A DNA stretch of 63,776 bases, filler included, from Aduncisulcus paluster (lineage: Eukaryota): the NCBI GenBank assembly GCA_024181965.1. It is 7 parts of 7 records of this genome, joined end to end, with 100 filler letters (N's around TTAATTAATTAA, not from the genome) between each part and the next. Parts side by side here need not be neighbours in the genome. Positions count along the whole stretch, not along the records: positions 18,057 to 24,783 come from BQXS01013412.1; positions 24,884 to 38,725 come from BQXS01013652.1; 5 more parts are not named here. One strand, given 5' to 3'. Below the pieces are notes generated by a model, which was given only the letters and a program-made list of their open reading frames with translations, was not told the DNA's origin and made no database searches. The translations under genes were made by a program, and so were the position numbers. Shown here in pieces: positions 22,701 to 33,572 of this stretch. Numbering within the stretch: the stretch's first letter is position 1; each line of letters begins with the position of its first letter.

Positions 22701-24701
22701 AAGCATCGAGAGGAATCTCCACCGAGGAAGAGATGTCTGGTATAGATCCTCGGCAGCAAGTGAAGAGACGATCTGGCATGGAGAGTGGGAATCAACAGAG
22801 TCTTCATCATACAGAGGGATTAATGTATCAAGATCGGGCACGAAGGATCGACGATGTTCTATCACTTGGTCATGTTCATCCTGCACTCGTTGAGCAACAG
22901 ACACAGATTGTCCAGCAACTCGGACAGACAAAGCACTGAGTTCACTCTGGAGGGATGTGCAAGTACGTTCCAACATCGATCCTTGCTGATCAGAATGTTG
23001 ACGATGTTGACCAATGAGGGAAATGGTATCTTCAAGCTGTTTGGAATGACCATCAAGATCTGATCGATGTTCAGAGATTGTAGTCGTGTGTTTAGAGATT
23101 GTTGTCTGCAGCTGAGATGTGGTACCAAGAAGGCTTGTGATCTGTTCTGTTTGTGCTGTGATCTGCTTGCCTTGAGTTGTGATTTGGTTAGCTTGGATAT
23201 TGATCTTTTTTGTTTGAGCTGTAATCCGCTTCGATTGTGATTTTATCTGTTCGGATTGTTTGTGGATTGTTTCTTCTTGCTTCCGAATAACATCACCTTG
23301 AGTGGTAAGGATGGTAGAAATGGATTCAATTTGTTTTTGCTTCTCTGAAAAATCAGATTTGTATTCAGAAATTGAAGATTGATGCACAACGATCTGTTTG
23401 GCTTGTGCTGTGATCTGCTTGCCTTGAGTTTTAAGATCCTTCTCTTGTGTTCTAATCTGTTCGGCTTGAGTATGAATAAGAGACTTACAAGAGGATATTT
23501 CAGACATCTGTTTGTGGATTGTTTCTTCTTGCTTCCGAATAACATCACCTTGGGTGGTAATTGTTGTCTGAAGGGAGTCTATTTGCTTCTTGTTGTCTGA
23601 AAGTTGAGTAACAAGAGAATAAATCTGTTTGCCAACTTGATCTCTCCATCTACGTGCAATTTCTTCTGGATTATCAATAAAACGGATTCCTTCGAAAAAG
23701 TTATTATAATATGATCCACCCCAAGTTTCTTGGATCAGAATTTCACAAGATACAACGTTGGAAAGATCCACAGAGAAAGATGCCCAGAAATCCATTTTTT
23801 CGAACAACTTTTTTTCTGGATCCGTTCGTTTAGCAATTTCATATTTCTTAACAATCCTCTTTCCAGAAGAATTTGTGAATGTAGCATCAAATCGCTTGAT
23901 TCCATTGGACCAATTGTGAGTTAAAAGACAGAACTCCCCAATATAATGAGGAGATGTGAAAGGAATATATAGGGAGGGGAAGAAATAGAGGCATCCCTCT
24001 CCAGCTAAAACTTGTTCCAAATGAAATTGTCCACATCCATTAGTAAACCGACAAGATGCCTTTGGAACATCAACCTTAACAACTTGGGGGTGATTAACAG
24101 GATATGGACCACATAATACCTTAGAATCCAGCGATTTACCTGGGTAAATTTCCATGCATTCTCCTGGAATACATGGTTGATCGATGAATTCAAAGTCTTT
24201 TGTGAGGAATCGGATGGAATATAAACGGCTTGATTCAACAACACTCCTATCCCAACATTTGAGGCTTTCAAGGTCACATTGCACAATATCATCCAGATCA
24301 ACAGGAAAAAGTTGCCAAGAGAATTTCCCACTGGGCTTTGCATATTCATATTCCTTGACAACCCTTGCTCCAGTCGAAGTTGTAAATGTTGCATTGAATT
24401 CCTTTACACTTTTGGGACTTTCATGGTAACTCACACAAAAATATTGAACATTATGTGGACTAACAAAAGGAAAGTGAATTTGCTTCTCGAATTCGATGTA
24501 GCCTTCAGTATTTGACAAAAACTGTTTTATATTAGCTCCACCAAGATGCTTATCAACCGAAGCATGTTCTTCATCAATTTTAACAAGTTCAGAAGGATGG
24601 ATGGGGAATGGGTCGGTGTAAAGGTGGGGAGAATCAGCATATTTAGATCCGTCTTTCTCCTTCTGATTATATCGAAGTAATTTCCCGGTTATTTTTACCA
24701 T
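19701..24701 (-). CDS. Large protein: two N-terminal beta-sandwich-like repeats, long coiled coil, C-terminal Ser/Thr kinase; ~1593 aa after removing the gap duplication
   Basis: Kinase motifs VILKFF, HCDLKPQN, LCDFEG, TKQFIAPE, CDMFSFG and KRPTA. The N-terminal repeats share PF.SPH....FC, F.ATFT.S.G.R.VK.YE.AK, W..F.VDL, C.....W and IRF. The coiled coil contains TTQGDVIRKQEETIHKQ twice. Confidence 0.9.
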   Translation of the reverse strand: MVKITGKLLRYNQKEKDGSKYADSPHLYTDPFPIHPSELVKIDEEHASVDKHLGGANIKQFLSNTEGYIEFEKQIHFPFVSPHNVQYFCVSYHESPKSVKEFNATFTTSTGARVVKEYEYAKPSGKFSWQLFPVDLDDIVQCDLESLKCWDRSVVESSRLYSIRFLTKDFEFIDQPCIPGECMEIYPGKSLDSKVLCGPYPVNHPQVVKVDVPKASCRFTNGCGQFHLEQVLAGEGCLYFFPSLYIPFTSPHYIGEFCLLTHNWSNGIKRFDATFTNSSGKRIVKKYEIAKRTDPEKKLFEKMDFWASFSVDLSNVVSCEILIQETWGGSYYNNFFEGIRFIDNPEEIARRWRDQVGKQIYSLVTQLSDNKKQIDSLQTTITTQGDVIRKQEETIHKQMSEISSCKSLIHTQAEQIRTQEKDLKTQGKQITAQAKQIVVHQSSISEYKSDFSEKQKQIESISTILTTQGDVIRKQEETIHKQSEQIKSQSKRITAQTKKINIQANQITTQGKQITAQTEQITSLLGTTSQLQTTISKHTTTISEHRSDLDGHSKQLEDTISLIGQHRQHSDQQGSMLERTCTSLQSELSALSVRVAGQSVSVAQRVQDEHDQVIEHRRSFVPDLDTLIPLYDEDSVDSHSPCQIVSSLAAEDLYQTSLPRWRFLSMLVYTNDQLANEDVHNAMDAIHMPDVAGYRDLHNLRELCLSSLPAEPISSELLESKINAICSECSRVCSRITSSRMEHVIKANESVCSFLLQFLSQYLSGLEQPHGSSGHSVCTRSSLITSSEHLSKPLSECLVQFDKVASVFEECVSKYGQSEKHSCFDMAVLVDDSWSEIEQIGTIDLEALVSEVSSILHGVLSSSVKSEEEGVDGEKKEEKKDGESDCLSDCSSNCSSEYSRKDYSDPFLSSISFCINSASIPVHCGEDGSVIDSVDSTSYSHPSHSHSQKSPQNKTIKNENTTSHDSILSLISTLHSSLPSSCGSTLHPAFTETMSARKEFIHKNISFLQSMVSECHSQASTXXXXXXXIKNENTTSHDSILSLISTLHSSLPSSCGSTLHPAFTETMSARKEFIHKNISFLQSMVSECHSQASTTDSKFTSLEARLNGQLQSDSCFDADMSIVDVEDNVIDQCKKEIGVLSDSASILSLSSPQSIRVNPDIEPFFLDCLKNETSSLEQAIAYLRMREEMYLTACCCVLRVRDLCSMRKSVARIEQSPTEMKFIAENMEKMKEFVRTRKIEILLIKNKIASLTKKLEEIQQGLEEEDQEHHGQGSQSLSSPSTSSQFSISLPSLPGEDPDDPDDAESITLAISDLKTKLKQYKDAISQVRAHMNEQCHRSFELHRHASFLSSLGFSIPPVLNMNNVLDDDFTTTSSIPFLFTIGMNLELFHDIHQLTSSDVSGSKQLIQGGFKNEGNIFTARWEQSQVVGEHSELRVILKFFPIDTSDSRSFRQLLRSAITSRKCGDCPYIVPLLGAFTDCHALTAKKEGAYLLFPFYEQGDLCKWISLSSTPRSLQDIIKILKCILHGLSYLHSQDIVHCDLKPQNVIVDSFGNGLLCDFEGAVDCSERTMRVMSQTIRIATKQFIAPEIVRDVNNDRRPHPTPACDMFSFGVLIQEVFRLWEQSDSESFIPMPDELSAIVSACTIGDTPQKRPTAIQLLANKYFL
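21419..21836. other. Assembly artefact: 20-N gap (21618-21637) with 199-bp duplicated flanks
   Basis: 21419-21617 is repeated at 21638-21836. Confidence 0.9.
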
Positions 24702-24783
24702 TTCAGGTTAAATATAAGAATATATCAACAAGTACGATAGTAGGATGTTGTCAAAACCGAGTCTGAGAAATATTTTTTCATGA

Positions 24784-24883
24784 NNNNNNNNNNNNNNNNN
24801 NNNNNNNNNNNNNNNNNNNNNNNNNNNTTAATTAATTAANNNNNNNNNNNNNNNNNNNNNNNNNNNNNNNNNNNNNNNNNNNN
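24784..24883. other. Artificial contig-joining spacer
   Basis: 44 N + TTAATTAATTAA + 44 N. Confidence 0.98.
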
Positions 24884-25275
24884 ATTCATGCTTCTCACGT
24901 ATGTTGTGGAATGGAAATGGTATGGACACTTCCAAAGCGAGAGAAGAAATTGTATTGAACGAGGTCCGATCTGTTGCTCATTGGATGGTGAAAGAAGTGA
25001 AGAAGGAGATGAAGAAAGAGTTCCACAGCGAATCACACACTTTCCTCATCCAATACACCCCTCCCCAACATATGCTCGTCATGATGCCATTTGATGAGGG
25101 ACGATCTTTGAGACAATCCGTGTATGACCTGATTGAATGCACAGGTGGCGGTGTTGAAATGTTGTTTGAACAGGGATCATGTTATTCATTTGAAGAATAC
25201 GATCAAGAAGCATGGAGGAAAGGAATGGGAAGAAGAAGAAGAAGAAGAAGAAACTTCCCTCTTGATATCGAATGA
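24884..25275 (+). CDS. 3' fragment of a hypothetical protein at contig start
   Basis: Open frame with protein-like composition (EEIVLNEVRSVAHWMVKEVKK...) to TGA at 25275; no family recognised. Confidence 0.6.
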
Positions 25276-25912
25276 ATATGGTTATTGAAGCAGAAATAAT
25301 GGACAAAAGCAGAGTGTTCTCTAATATCTAGTCGTTCTCAATAATTCTATTTTTGTCTAAGATTTTTATTTTTTTTGGACATTTTAACTCGTTCAAGGGG
25401 ATTCTCCTCTTATATTTCCTTCTCAAGCACTTTCTTGGCCGAGTCCCTCCTATTTCTAATCTGAACACATGAAAATTCGAGAGAGATGGGCAAAAGTAAA
25501 AATGTTGTTCTAAAAATAGAAATTCTAAAAATAGATTTTTGAAATATGAAAGTGTGCTATTTTGGTCATTTTTCCGATTATATTGTCAGAATTCTGCATG
25601 TTGCATTGTTTTAAATGAGTTTTTGAAAGAAAAGAAGGGAAAAATCAATGAACTTCTTGCTTGATCTATTTTCTCGTTGTGTTTACAGATTCAACACAAT
25701 CCAAGGCAAAAACACTTCTTGCCAATCATCTCTCATCAACTATGAGGAAATTTGACATTTTCATTTCTTTTCACTTCCTCTTCACACTGACAACATGAAA
25801 AGACAAAACACTAATACAACATTTCTTTTGAATCAAACATTTCTTTACTCCACAATTCACCACTCAAGGCTGAGTACACAACGATACAACAACAATATGC
25901 ACGAGAAAGTAG

Positions 25913-26281
25913 TCATTCAGACTTCTTCTTCACAAGAATAATAGGCTTGGACTTTGGCTTAGATTCGGGCATCTTGATCGTCAATCCAGGCTTCTTAATA
26001 ACAAGAGAAGACTTTGGCGCAATAATTCCAGGTCCGGGTTGAGAAGAAGAGCCTTTCACAATCGAGGATGATTCTTCACGACTTTGACTTTTGCCTTTTC
26101 CAGCAAACTCAATAGACTTCTTCGGGAACATCTTCTTTTTAGTTTCACCATGAGAAACATCACGCCTTGACTCCACCGAATCACGTTGAGGTTGACTCGA
26201 AGCTTCAGTACTTTTCGATACAGACGATTTCTGCTTGAAAGCTTTTGTATCTTTTCTTCCTTTTCCTCTCTCATTCTTCAA
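25913..26281 (-). CDS. Small Lys/Ser-rich hypothetical protein; start uncertain
   Basis: 122 open codons with coding-like composition, but the frame begins at TTG with no upstream in-frame ATG. Confidence 0.45.
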   Translation of the reverse strand: MKNERGKGRKDTKAFKQKSSVSKSTEASSQPQRDSVESRRDVSHGETKKKMFPKKSIEFAGKGKSQSREESSSIVKGSSSQPGPGIIAPKSSLVIKKPGLTIKMPESKPKSKPIILVKKKSE

Positions 26282-26351
26282 ATTGTATCCAATTTTAAAT
26301 TGAGAATGAAAATTATTTATAAATATAAATTTGTTTGATCAATAAAAAAAA

Positions 26352-29300
26352 TCAATCTTCCTCATCTCTAAATATAGATGCATGAGAAAATGCTAAAATA
26401 TAGAAATGGTTCATTTCGGCAATTAAATGTTTTCCAAAATCATTTTTCTCGAAAATAGACAAGATTTTAACAACATTTCTCTGTGTTTCTTTATCATTTG
26501 TAAATAGAAATGGCATAAGAGGCGACAAACCGCCCAATTTTGGCGGAATAACGGGTAAAAGGTCATCCACACCGATTTTTTCAACACAATACCGAAGAAC
26601 ACTGACGGCTTGTCTCAAAATAGGAACAGCTGTTCCGTATTGAATAAGCATCATCGGTGGGATGGGATCAGGTTTTATAACACACTTCCTCATAAATTGC
26701 ATTGACGGTACGAACAACCCTTGATCTTTTACAAAACCTTCGAGCATTCCTTTGTATATAAACGTGTGATCCCTAGATGTCTTGTTATGACTCTCAAGCT
26801 CTCCTTCTTCACTCTCACATCCACCTTTCACAGAGATAGACTCAGACCCTTGTTCATGCATAACACAGTTGGTGAGAGATAAATCATACCTTCCATACCG
26901 TGCACCCTCCACTCTTTCCCACATTCTGAAGCACGGAGAGAGTCTGACCAGAGCTATTCTCTTCTCTCCTTCAACAATGGCGGTTTCTGTGTGAGACAGG
27001 ATTGAGGAACACGACGCAAGAGAAAGCAGAGTCTGAGAGTAACAGAACAAGAAAGAACGAATGTGGGTCTCAACAGATGATATTGTGAAATGTGATGAGG
27101 GTGGAGGGGGGACATAGTGGGAACAAGGGAAAGGCATGCTCGAGCCCTCTGATGCCATCGAAGAAGAAGAAGAGGAGGAGGAAGAAGAAGAGCCCAAAGG
27201 ACTAGACAGAGGATCACTCGATGAGATGGGAGATATTTTCATTGTTCGGGATGATGTTGATGATCTCTTCTTTTTAGCTATTTGTGGCATTGGGAACAGG
27301 GTCACATCTTTCATCCCTAACTCAAGAAAAGCTGAGAGAGGAGAAATAGACGCCAATCCATCATCACTTGCACTTGATTTCGCCACAACTCCTAGGACAC
27401 GTTCAATATATTCAAATGCCATTCGGTCCCGCTTTGCCCATCCACGGTCTGCATTCTTGCTCTTNNNNNNNNNNNNNNNNNNNNGAGGAGGAAGAAGAAG
27501 AGCCCAAAGGACTAGACAGAGGATCACTCGATGAGATGGGAGATATTTTCATTGTTCGGGATGATGTTGATGATCTCTTCTTTTTAGCTATTTGTGGCAT
27601 TGGGAACAGGGTCACATCTTTCATCCCTAACTCAAGAAAAGCTGAGAGAGGAGAAATAGACGCCAATCCATCATCACTTGCACTTGATTTCGCCACAACT
27701 CCTAGGACACGTTCAATATATTCAAATGCCATTCGGTCCCGCTTTGCCCATCCACGGTCTGCATTCTTGCTCTTGTCAGAAATCCCAATCTGTCGCTTCC
27801 AGTCATCTCCAAGTGTAATTTCACACGAGTCAATGTTAACAAATACATCCCACCATTGCTTTCTTCCTTCGAACAAAGGATTGGCAACTCCGCACACAAA
27901 TGGACCCTTATTAGATGAAACAAAATCGATCCCTCCCATAGAGGTGTAAGGACGGGTGTATCTTGGAATGAACCCACATTGTAGAGTATATTGGGGCACC
28001 AAGAGAGACAATGAGAGTGTAATGAGACACAAGACAGAAACTGGATGCAACATACTGAACACAATTACACGCTTTCCACATAGAATGGCGTTGTATACGT
28101 GCATTATAGGGAAATTGAATAGACGGAATAGAAACGACAGCGATAAGGTTGGTAAACACCCAGAGTTTGGGAGAGGTGAGGGATATAGTTGTTGATACTT
28201 TGAAGATTTAGGATTAAAGGATGAACCGCCAAAGGGATCATGGCCTTCTGCAGGAATGGAAAGAGGGAGAGGTTCGTATCTCTTTTCATCGATTGCTGTT
28301 TTCCTGAAATCACTAAACCCACTTGTCTCGTGTCCATTTAGGTATCCTCCACATGTGTGAATAGCATGCAAATCACACAATAACGACTCATGCGGTGTGC
28401 CAATGTACATATCGTCAGTATAATAACGATACCTAGGGATGAAGAACTCAACAATCTCCCCTGGTTTCTTCCGATCCCCATACATGATCTTTGTGAAGGA
28501 ATGGTATGGGTCATGGATGAATAGAGGAGAGATCAAGAGTCCAGAGAATTGGTTCAAAAGAGATACAAGCGATGTGCGAGATGATTCTTGAGGTGGAGAT
28601 ACAGATAGAGGGTGAGATGATGATGTTGAAGAAGAACTACAGGAAGGGAGAATGCCGGAAGAGGATATTCGATCATCTCCATCAGAATCTGAAGGTTTAG
28701 CAATGCCATCGGGAGACGATATTGCAGTACCAGGAGTCACAGCAATGGGTGAAGAAACAGTCGAAATATCATAATCCTTACTCTCTTGTCTTGTAATATC
28801 TGTATGGTGTGCCAATAAATGATCCTTTCCATCGTCACTATCACTTGAGACTGCCTTATGAATAGTTTCTTCTTCTATCTCTCCTCCTTCCTGTTCCTTT
28901 CCAGGCCCTTCTTCTTCTTCTTCTTCTTCTTCTTTATATGCTATCAAATCATCGTCATCTGGCTCCTTTCCTTCAGTTCCCATCTCGTCATCAGCAATAT
29001 CCTCTTCATCCTCCTCCTCATGAGCCCTAAGCCACTTCCACCCACATCTGAGCTCCTTCCCCTCACCATTCCATCCAGCGTTGATAACTCTCCACATTTC
29101 ACACATCACATCCTTCCGTACTTCATCACTCTGCGCAAGGATAATGCGAGACGAATATATCTTCAACACAGGCTGAGTGAGAGAGAGATGGTAGAGAGAG
29201 GGGCCAATCACACATAGACTTTTGACAGTGGNNNNNNNNNNNNNNNNNNNNTTCTTCTTTATATGCTATCAAATCATCGTCATCTGGCTCCTTTCCTTCA

Positions 29301-30530
29301 GTTCCCATCTCGTCATCAGCAATATCCTCTTCATCCTCCTCCTCATGAGCCCTAAGCCACTTCCACCCACATCTGAGCTCCTTCCCCTCACCATTCCATC
29401 CAGCGTTGATAACTCTCCACATTTCACACATCACATCCTTCCGTACTTCATCACTCTGCGCAAGGATAATGCGAGACGAATATATCTTCAACACAGGCTG
29501 AGTGAGAGAGAGATGGTAGAGAGAGGGGCCAATCACACATAGACTTTTGACAGTGGCACCACGGGCAGCACGACGATCTGAATGAGAGTGAATGACAGCA
29601 AAGCCGAACATCGGAGAGAGAGAGGGAGGGTGAGTGTGGCGAACATAAGTTTCCTTGTAATGGAATACTCTCATCTTACGGGTTACATGGAAGATAAAGC
29701 TGGATTTATCCTCTTTGGAGGAGAAGGAAAGGCGAAGAAGATCTTTGGAAGTGAGGAGAACAAGAGAATACGGGTAGGAAGTTCGAATATGTTGCTTACG
29801 ACGTTCGACGGGAGACAATGAAGGGTCAAATCGTTCAGATTGTTGCTCTATCTTCTCTTCTTCATATTGGATTTTCTCTGACAGACCGATTGAATGGTCC
29901 AGAATAGTACCATATCCACCGACAGTGACACAAATTCTCCTACATACGTTGATGGTGTCTGTTAAAGAGAGAGAAGAGAGCTCTGTGATGAATGGGATTG
30001 GATATTTGGGAATATAATGGAGAGAGAGTGTACATAAACCGCATTCAATTGGATTATCCATACACTGTGAAATATCAGTCGATATATCCCCGGATGCAGG
30101 TTCACAGGAAGTTACTGATACACATGAACTATGTTTAGTGCTTTCTAAAGATTGTTTTTCAAGATGAACATCACAAATAAATGATTCCATATGAGAAGGG
30201 AGATGTACATTTGGATCACCACCTAAACGTGGATGGACAGAAGATATCGGGGATTCTTTGAGTGGAGGAATGACAAAAGCATCCCAATCAAGGGTTCTAT
30301 TATGTGCTCCATCAGGAAGCATAAGCTCAGCAAGATGTCTAAAATACAGAAAAAATACCACAAATTAGAACTATAATAAATAATACAAGTACAATAAACA
30401 ACACGACATACTTTTCTTTTATATTTGGAACCGCAGAAGGATATGAAAAAGTAACCAATGGTCCCTTTTCCAAATCGAACTCGGCAACGCTGACATACCA
30501 GGCCATATTTCCTCTCTTTGCAATTTCCAT
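26352..30530 (-). CDS. Afi1/MesA-type (DENN-related, SPA domain) polarity/trafficking protein; 1156 aa once one intron and two gap duplications are removed
   Basis: N-terminal YVSVAEFDLEKGP...YP and HLAELMLPDGAHNR; SPA-like PIMHVYNAILCGKRVIVF...PYT...VCGVANPLFE...WWDVFVNID; C-terminal LLP..P...GGL..L..FLF...GKHL. 4179-73-310-325 = 3471 nt, in frame. Confidence 0.85.
27175..27774. other. Assembly artefact: 20-N gap (27465-27484) with 290-bp duplicated flanks
   Basis: 27175-27464 is repeated at 27485-27774, creating a false frameshift. Confidence 0.9.
28927..29556. other. Assembly artefact: 20-N gap (29232-29251) with 305-bp duplicated flanks
   Basis: 28927-29231 is repeated at 29252-29556. 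Confidence 0.9.
30339..30411 (-). other. 73-nt spliceosomal intron (GT-AG)
   Basis: Minus strand AA|GTATGT...TTCTAAT...TTTTTTCTGTATTTTAG|ACAT. Removal fuses ...PNIKEK with HLAELMLPD in frame and restores the Afi1 motif. Confidence 0.9.
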
Positions 30531-30923
30531 TATGGATATGATGTTATGGTGGTATGATTTAGAGCAAATCCACTACTTTCTGACAATCTTTATTATAACA
30601 GAAATATTATGGAAAACAATCAATCAAAATAATATAAATGGAGCGTGAAGAATAATCTTTAAGTTTTAAATTTCTAATTTACTTTTAGCAACAATAGAAA
30701 AACATCTTGAAAAGAATTTTAAAGAGGAAGAAATTGGTTCAAATTTTGAACAATTGAAATATTTGATAATATGAGAAAGTGTATGTACCATTTCAAATAC
30801 TGAAAACAGTAGTAATAGATAAAGGAATTCATACTAGAACATTAGGTGAATGTATTTTATATGAGAGCGGACAATTTTTAGAATATAACATTTATAAAAG
30901 AACATATAGTTTAATAAAAACCA

Positions 30924-32015
30924 CTACCCGCTCTCATCTCCCTTGTGGGCATAATAGGACACAGCAGCATCAAGACACGTTAAAAAGTAACTTGCGGCCC
31001 CCCTTAGCTCTCTCTCACCCTCCATATAAGTCATGATATATGACACACAAGCTGCCATATCCATGGGAATGCTCTTTCCAATACAATAAATAAGAGAAGG
31101 TATGAGGGAATCGGCACCTGGGGGTGGGGCTCTTTCCTCATCATCAGAATCCTCATCGTCATCATACCCTTCCTTGTGAACCTTAATTATACCAGTTTCA
31201 AGGGGACCAAGGGCTAGAGTCAGAGCTTTACCCAAGGCCATCACATGGTCAAGCTTCTCCCAAGGACTATGAGCTTCTGAAATATTATATATCGCATCAA
31301 AACTGTCCTGCCAATGATGAGGATTATGCTCACTGGGATTAACAGGAACATGAAGCTTTTTCCATCCAAAAACAGAGTCAATCTCAGATAATCCGGAATA
31401 CCGTTCGATCTTCCTCTGTTCACGCAAAAATTTAAGACATTTGGCATCTTTAATAATAGATTCATGATTACATTTAAAAGCAAACCGATAAATTTTCCTA
31501 TGAAGATAAATTGCAGCACCTCGTTGCCCACCATCTAAAATAGACAAATCAGAGTTCTTACTAACACTACTAACAACTCCACGAATGACAGGACCTTTTT
31601 CTTCAAGTTTAACTGTTTCTTTTACAGAATCCAACATAGATAAGGAACTATCAACAATAAATACACATTTAGCATTTTGAGGAAGGTATAAGGCTTTTCC
31701 AAACATATCACCCTTCTCTCGATTTGTTTTGGGCCGTGAAATTGCTTTAGGAATTAGTAAATCTTTTGAATCTGATGTTTTAGGGAAATATTGATAACTT
31801 GAACTGTCTGATCCACGATAGAAGCTAGAACTAGACTTAGCACTTTGAGGATTTGAATGAGATTCAATGTCATCCGATTGAGTCAGAGGATCTGTAAGAG
31901 AACTGGAGGAGACGGATCTTCTATGAATTACAGTTGGTTCAACACGAATTCCCTGTTCTGCCGCTATTTCTCGTTCAGATAATATTTTTCCATTAATAAT
32001 ACTGTGTTTTCCCAT
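30924..32015 (-). CDS. VPS9-domain Rab5-family GEF
   Basis: SPWEKL, GADSLIPSLIYCI and YI..Y...GAASYFLTCLDAAVSY; the Asp, Pro, Tyr and Thr of the VPS9 catalytic surface are retained. Confidence 0.9.
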   Translation of the reverse strand: MGKHSIINGKILSEREIAAEQGIRVEPTVIHRRSVSSSSLTDPLTQSDDIESHSNPQSAKSSSSFYRGSDSSSYQYFPKTSDSKDLLIPKAISRPKTNREKGDMFGKALYLPQNAKCVFIVDSSLSMLDSVKETVKLEEKGPVIRGVVSSVSKNSDLSILDGGQRGAAIYLHRKIYRFAFKCNHESIIKDAKCLKFLREQRKIERYSGLSEIDSVFGWKKLHVPVNPSEHNPHHWQDSFDAIYNISEAHSPWEKLDHVMALGKALTLALGPLETGIIKVHKEGYDDDEDSDDEERAPPPGADSLIPSLIYCIGKSIPMDMAACVSYIMTYMEGERELRGAASYFLTCLDAAVSYYAHKGDESG

Positions 32016-32304
32016 CAGTTATTATTGCGGATGTGTGAAATCGAAGGAAGAAGGAAGTAGTTTAGTGTTTTCAATGTATGACCATTTTCACCCAAATATA
32101 AAGTCGATTATTTAATCTTAATGGAATAAAACATTGTATAATAATATTTATTTATTATTTTGCTTATTATTTTAGAAGTTACTGAGGATCCTCGCGGTTC
32201 TGGGGGGTTCCCCAAAGCCAAAATTAAGAAAGACATCGAATATAATTTCACCACAGCAATTATAAAACAATTAAACTCTTTATTAAACCTTAAAGTGACC
32301 CTCT

Positions 32305-33351
32305 TCATAAATCATCCCCCAAATCTATTTCCATTTTTCTACAAATTCTATAAATAATATTCTCTTGTTTATGTACAGTATCCTCTAATGATCTTACTCT
32401 TTGACGCATCGCAGCCATGTCTGACCGAAGATCCTTTATGAGTTCATAGTTAAGTAGATCACCTCGTTCTCCTCGGCTCTTCCGCGAACTTTCACTTGTA
32501 TGGGATAAATATGAGGTCGATGAATTCGGATGAATGATTTTGAAACGTGACTCACCATCAGAGGAGAGCGAAGAGGAAGAGGCGGAATACGTCGATCCAA
32601 TCGTAGATACATCGAGGGGAGCTGTCATCGATAAAGCCGATTTTGACGATAAAAGAGTCGCTGGGGGATATATTGAAGGTGCTGGAGGATACTTGTCGTC
32701 TTGGGAGTCAACAGGGACGCCCGGCTTCTCGGTATCAATGCCACAGATGCTTGATTCTGAAATATATGAATCAATCCCTTTTCGAGTGATTAAGGCCTCT
32801 AGGAATTTTAATCTGGCTTCAAGAGAATACTGCTGAGACATTGAGCGACTCGATTTTATGAGCCCAACAGCAACTTTCTCCTCCACCACTTTATCAAGAT
32901 CTGGAATAGCCCTAGCACTCAAATGAAACCCAGTTCCACCCATGATACCACCAGTAATCCCGGTAATGCCAGTCCCATGCCCAGCAATCCCAGTCGCAAT
33001 TGGCATGCTTTTTGCAGGGATAGTATGCAGATTTGTTCTTTGATTTCTAAAAATATGATCTCTTTTATCATCAGAGAGTGAATAACTTGAAGGAGATGAA
33101 ATGGGATTGTTGGAAGGCGAGGAAGGAGTCGTGTCGTGACTTTTTTGCATTTTGGAAGGAGTTCTAGGGGTTGGCATCACCGCTGGTGTTACAAATTCTA
33201 CATGTTTGGCTGGAGAATGTTTTGCAATTCCTCCATTCGAATCATCTGGATAGATACAAGATGGACTTTTCATATCTTTTGGTGAAGGCACCGACATCAT
33301 GCCAGGAGAGAGTTTAGAATTCCTCATACTACTCCTTTCACCCGATTCCAT
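32305..33351 (-). CDS. Hypothetical low-complexity protein with C-terminal coiled coil
   Basis: 348-aa ATG ORF, Ser/Pro-rich, ending LIKDLRSDMAAMRQRVRSLEDTVHKQENII. Confidence 0.8.
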   Translation of the reverse strand: MESGERSSMRNSKLSPGMMSVPSPKDMKSPSCIYPDDSNGGIAKHSPAKHVEFVTPAVMPTPRTPSKMQKSHDTTPSSPSNNPISSPSSYSLSDDKRDHIFRNQRTNLHTIPAKSMPIATGIAGHGTGITGITGGIMGGTGFHLSARAIPDLDKVVEEKVAVGLIKSSRSMSQQYSLEARLKFLEALITRKGIDSYISESSICGIDTEKPGVPVDSQDDKYPPAPSIYPPATLLSSKSALSMTAPLDVSTIGSTYSASSSSLSSDGESRFKIIHPNSSTSYLSHTSESSRKSRGERGDLLNYELIKDLRSDMAAMRQRVRSLEDTVHKQENIIYRICRKMEIDLGDDL

Positions 33352-33572
33352 TTGTATTTTTCAGTTATGTAACCAAGAAAATGGAAAAGCGCAACATCTC
33401 CGGAAAATGATTCTTTCGGTGTTAATATTGCAGCAAAAATTGATATTCAATTAACAATAAATCCATTTTTTACTTATAATTTGGCGTTGTACGGTCCAGA
33501 ATAGTACAAAAGACAAATTGCAAAAAAAGCGGATAATGATACAATAAATCGGAGATATTACATATTTTGATA

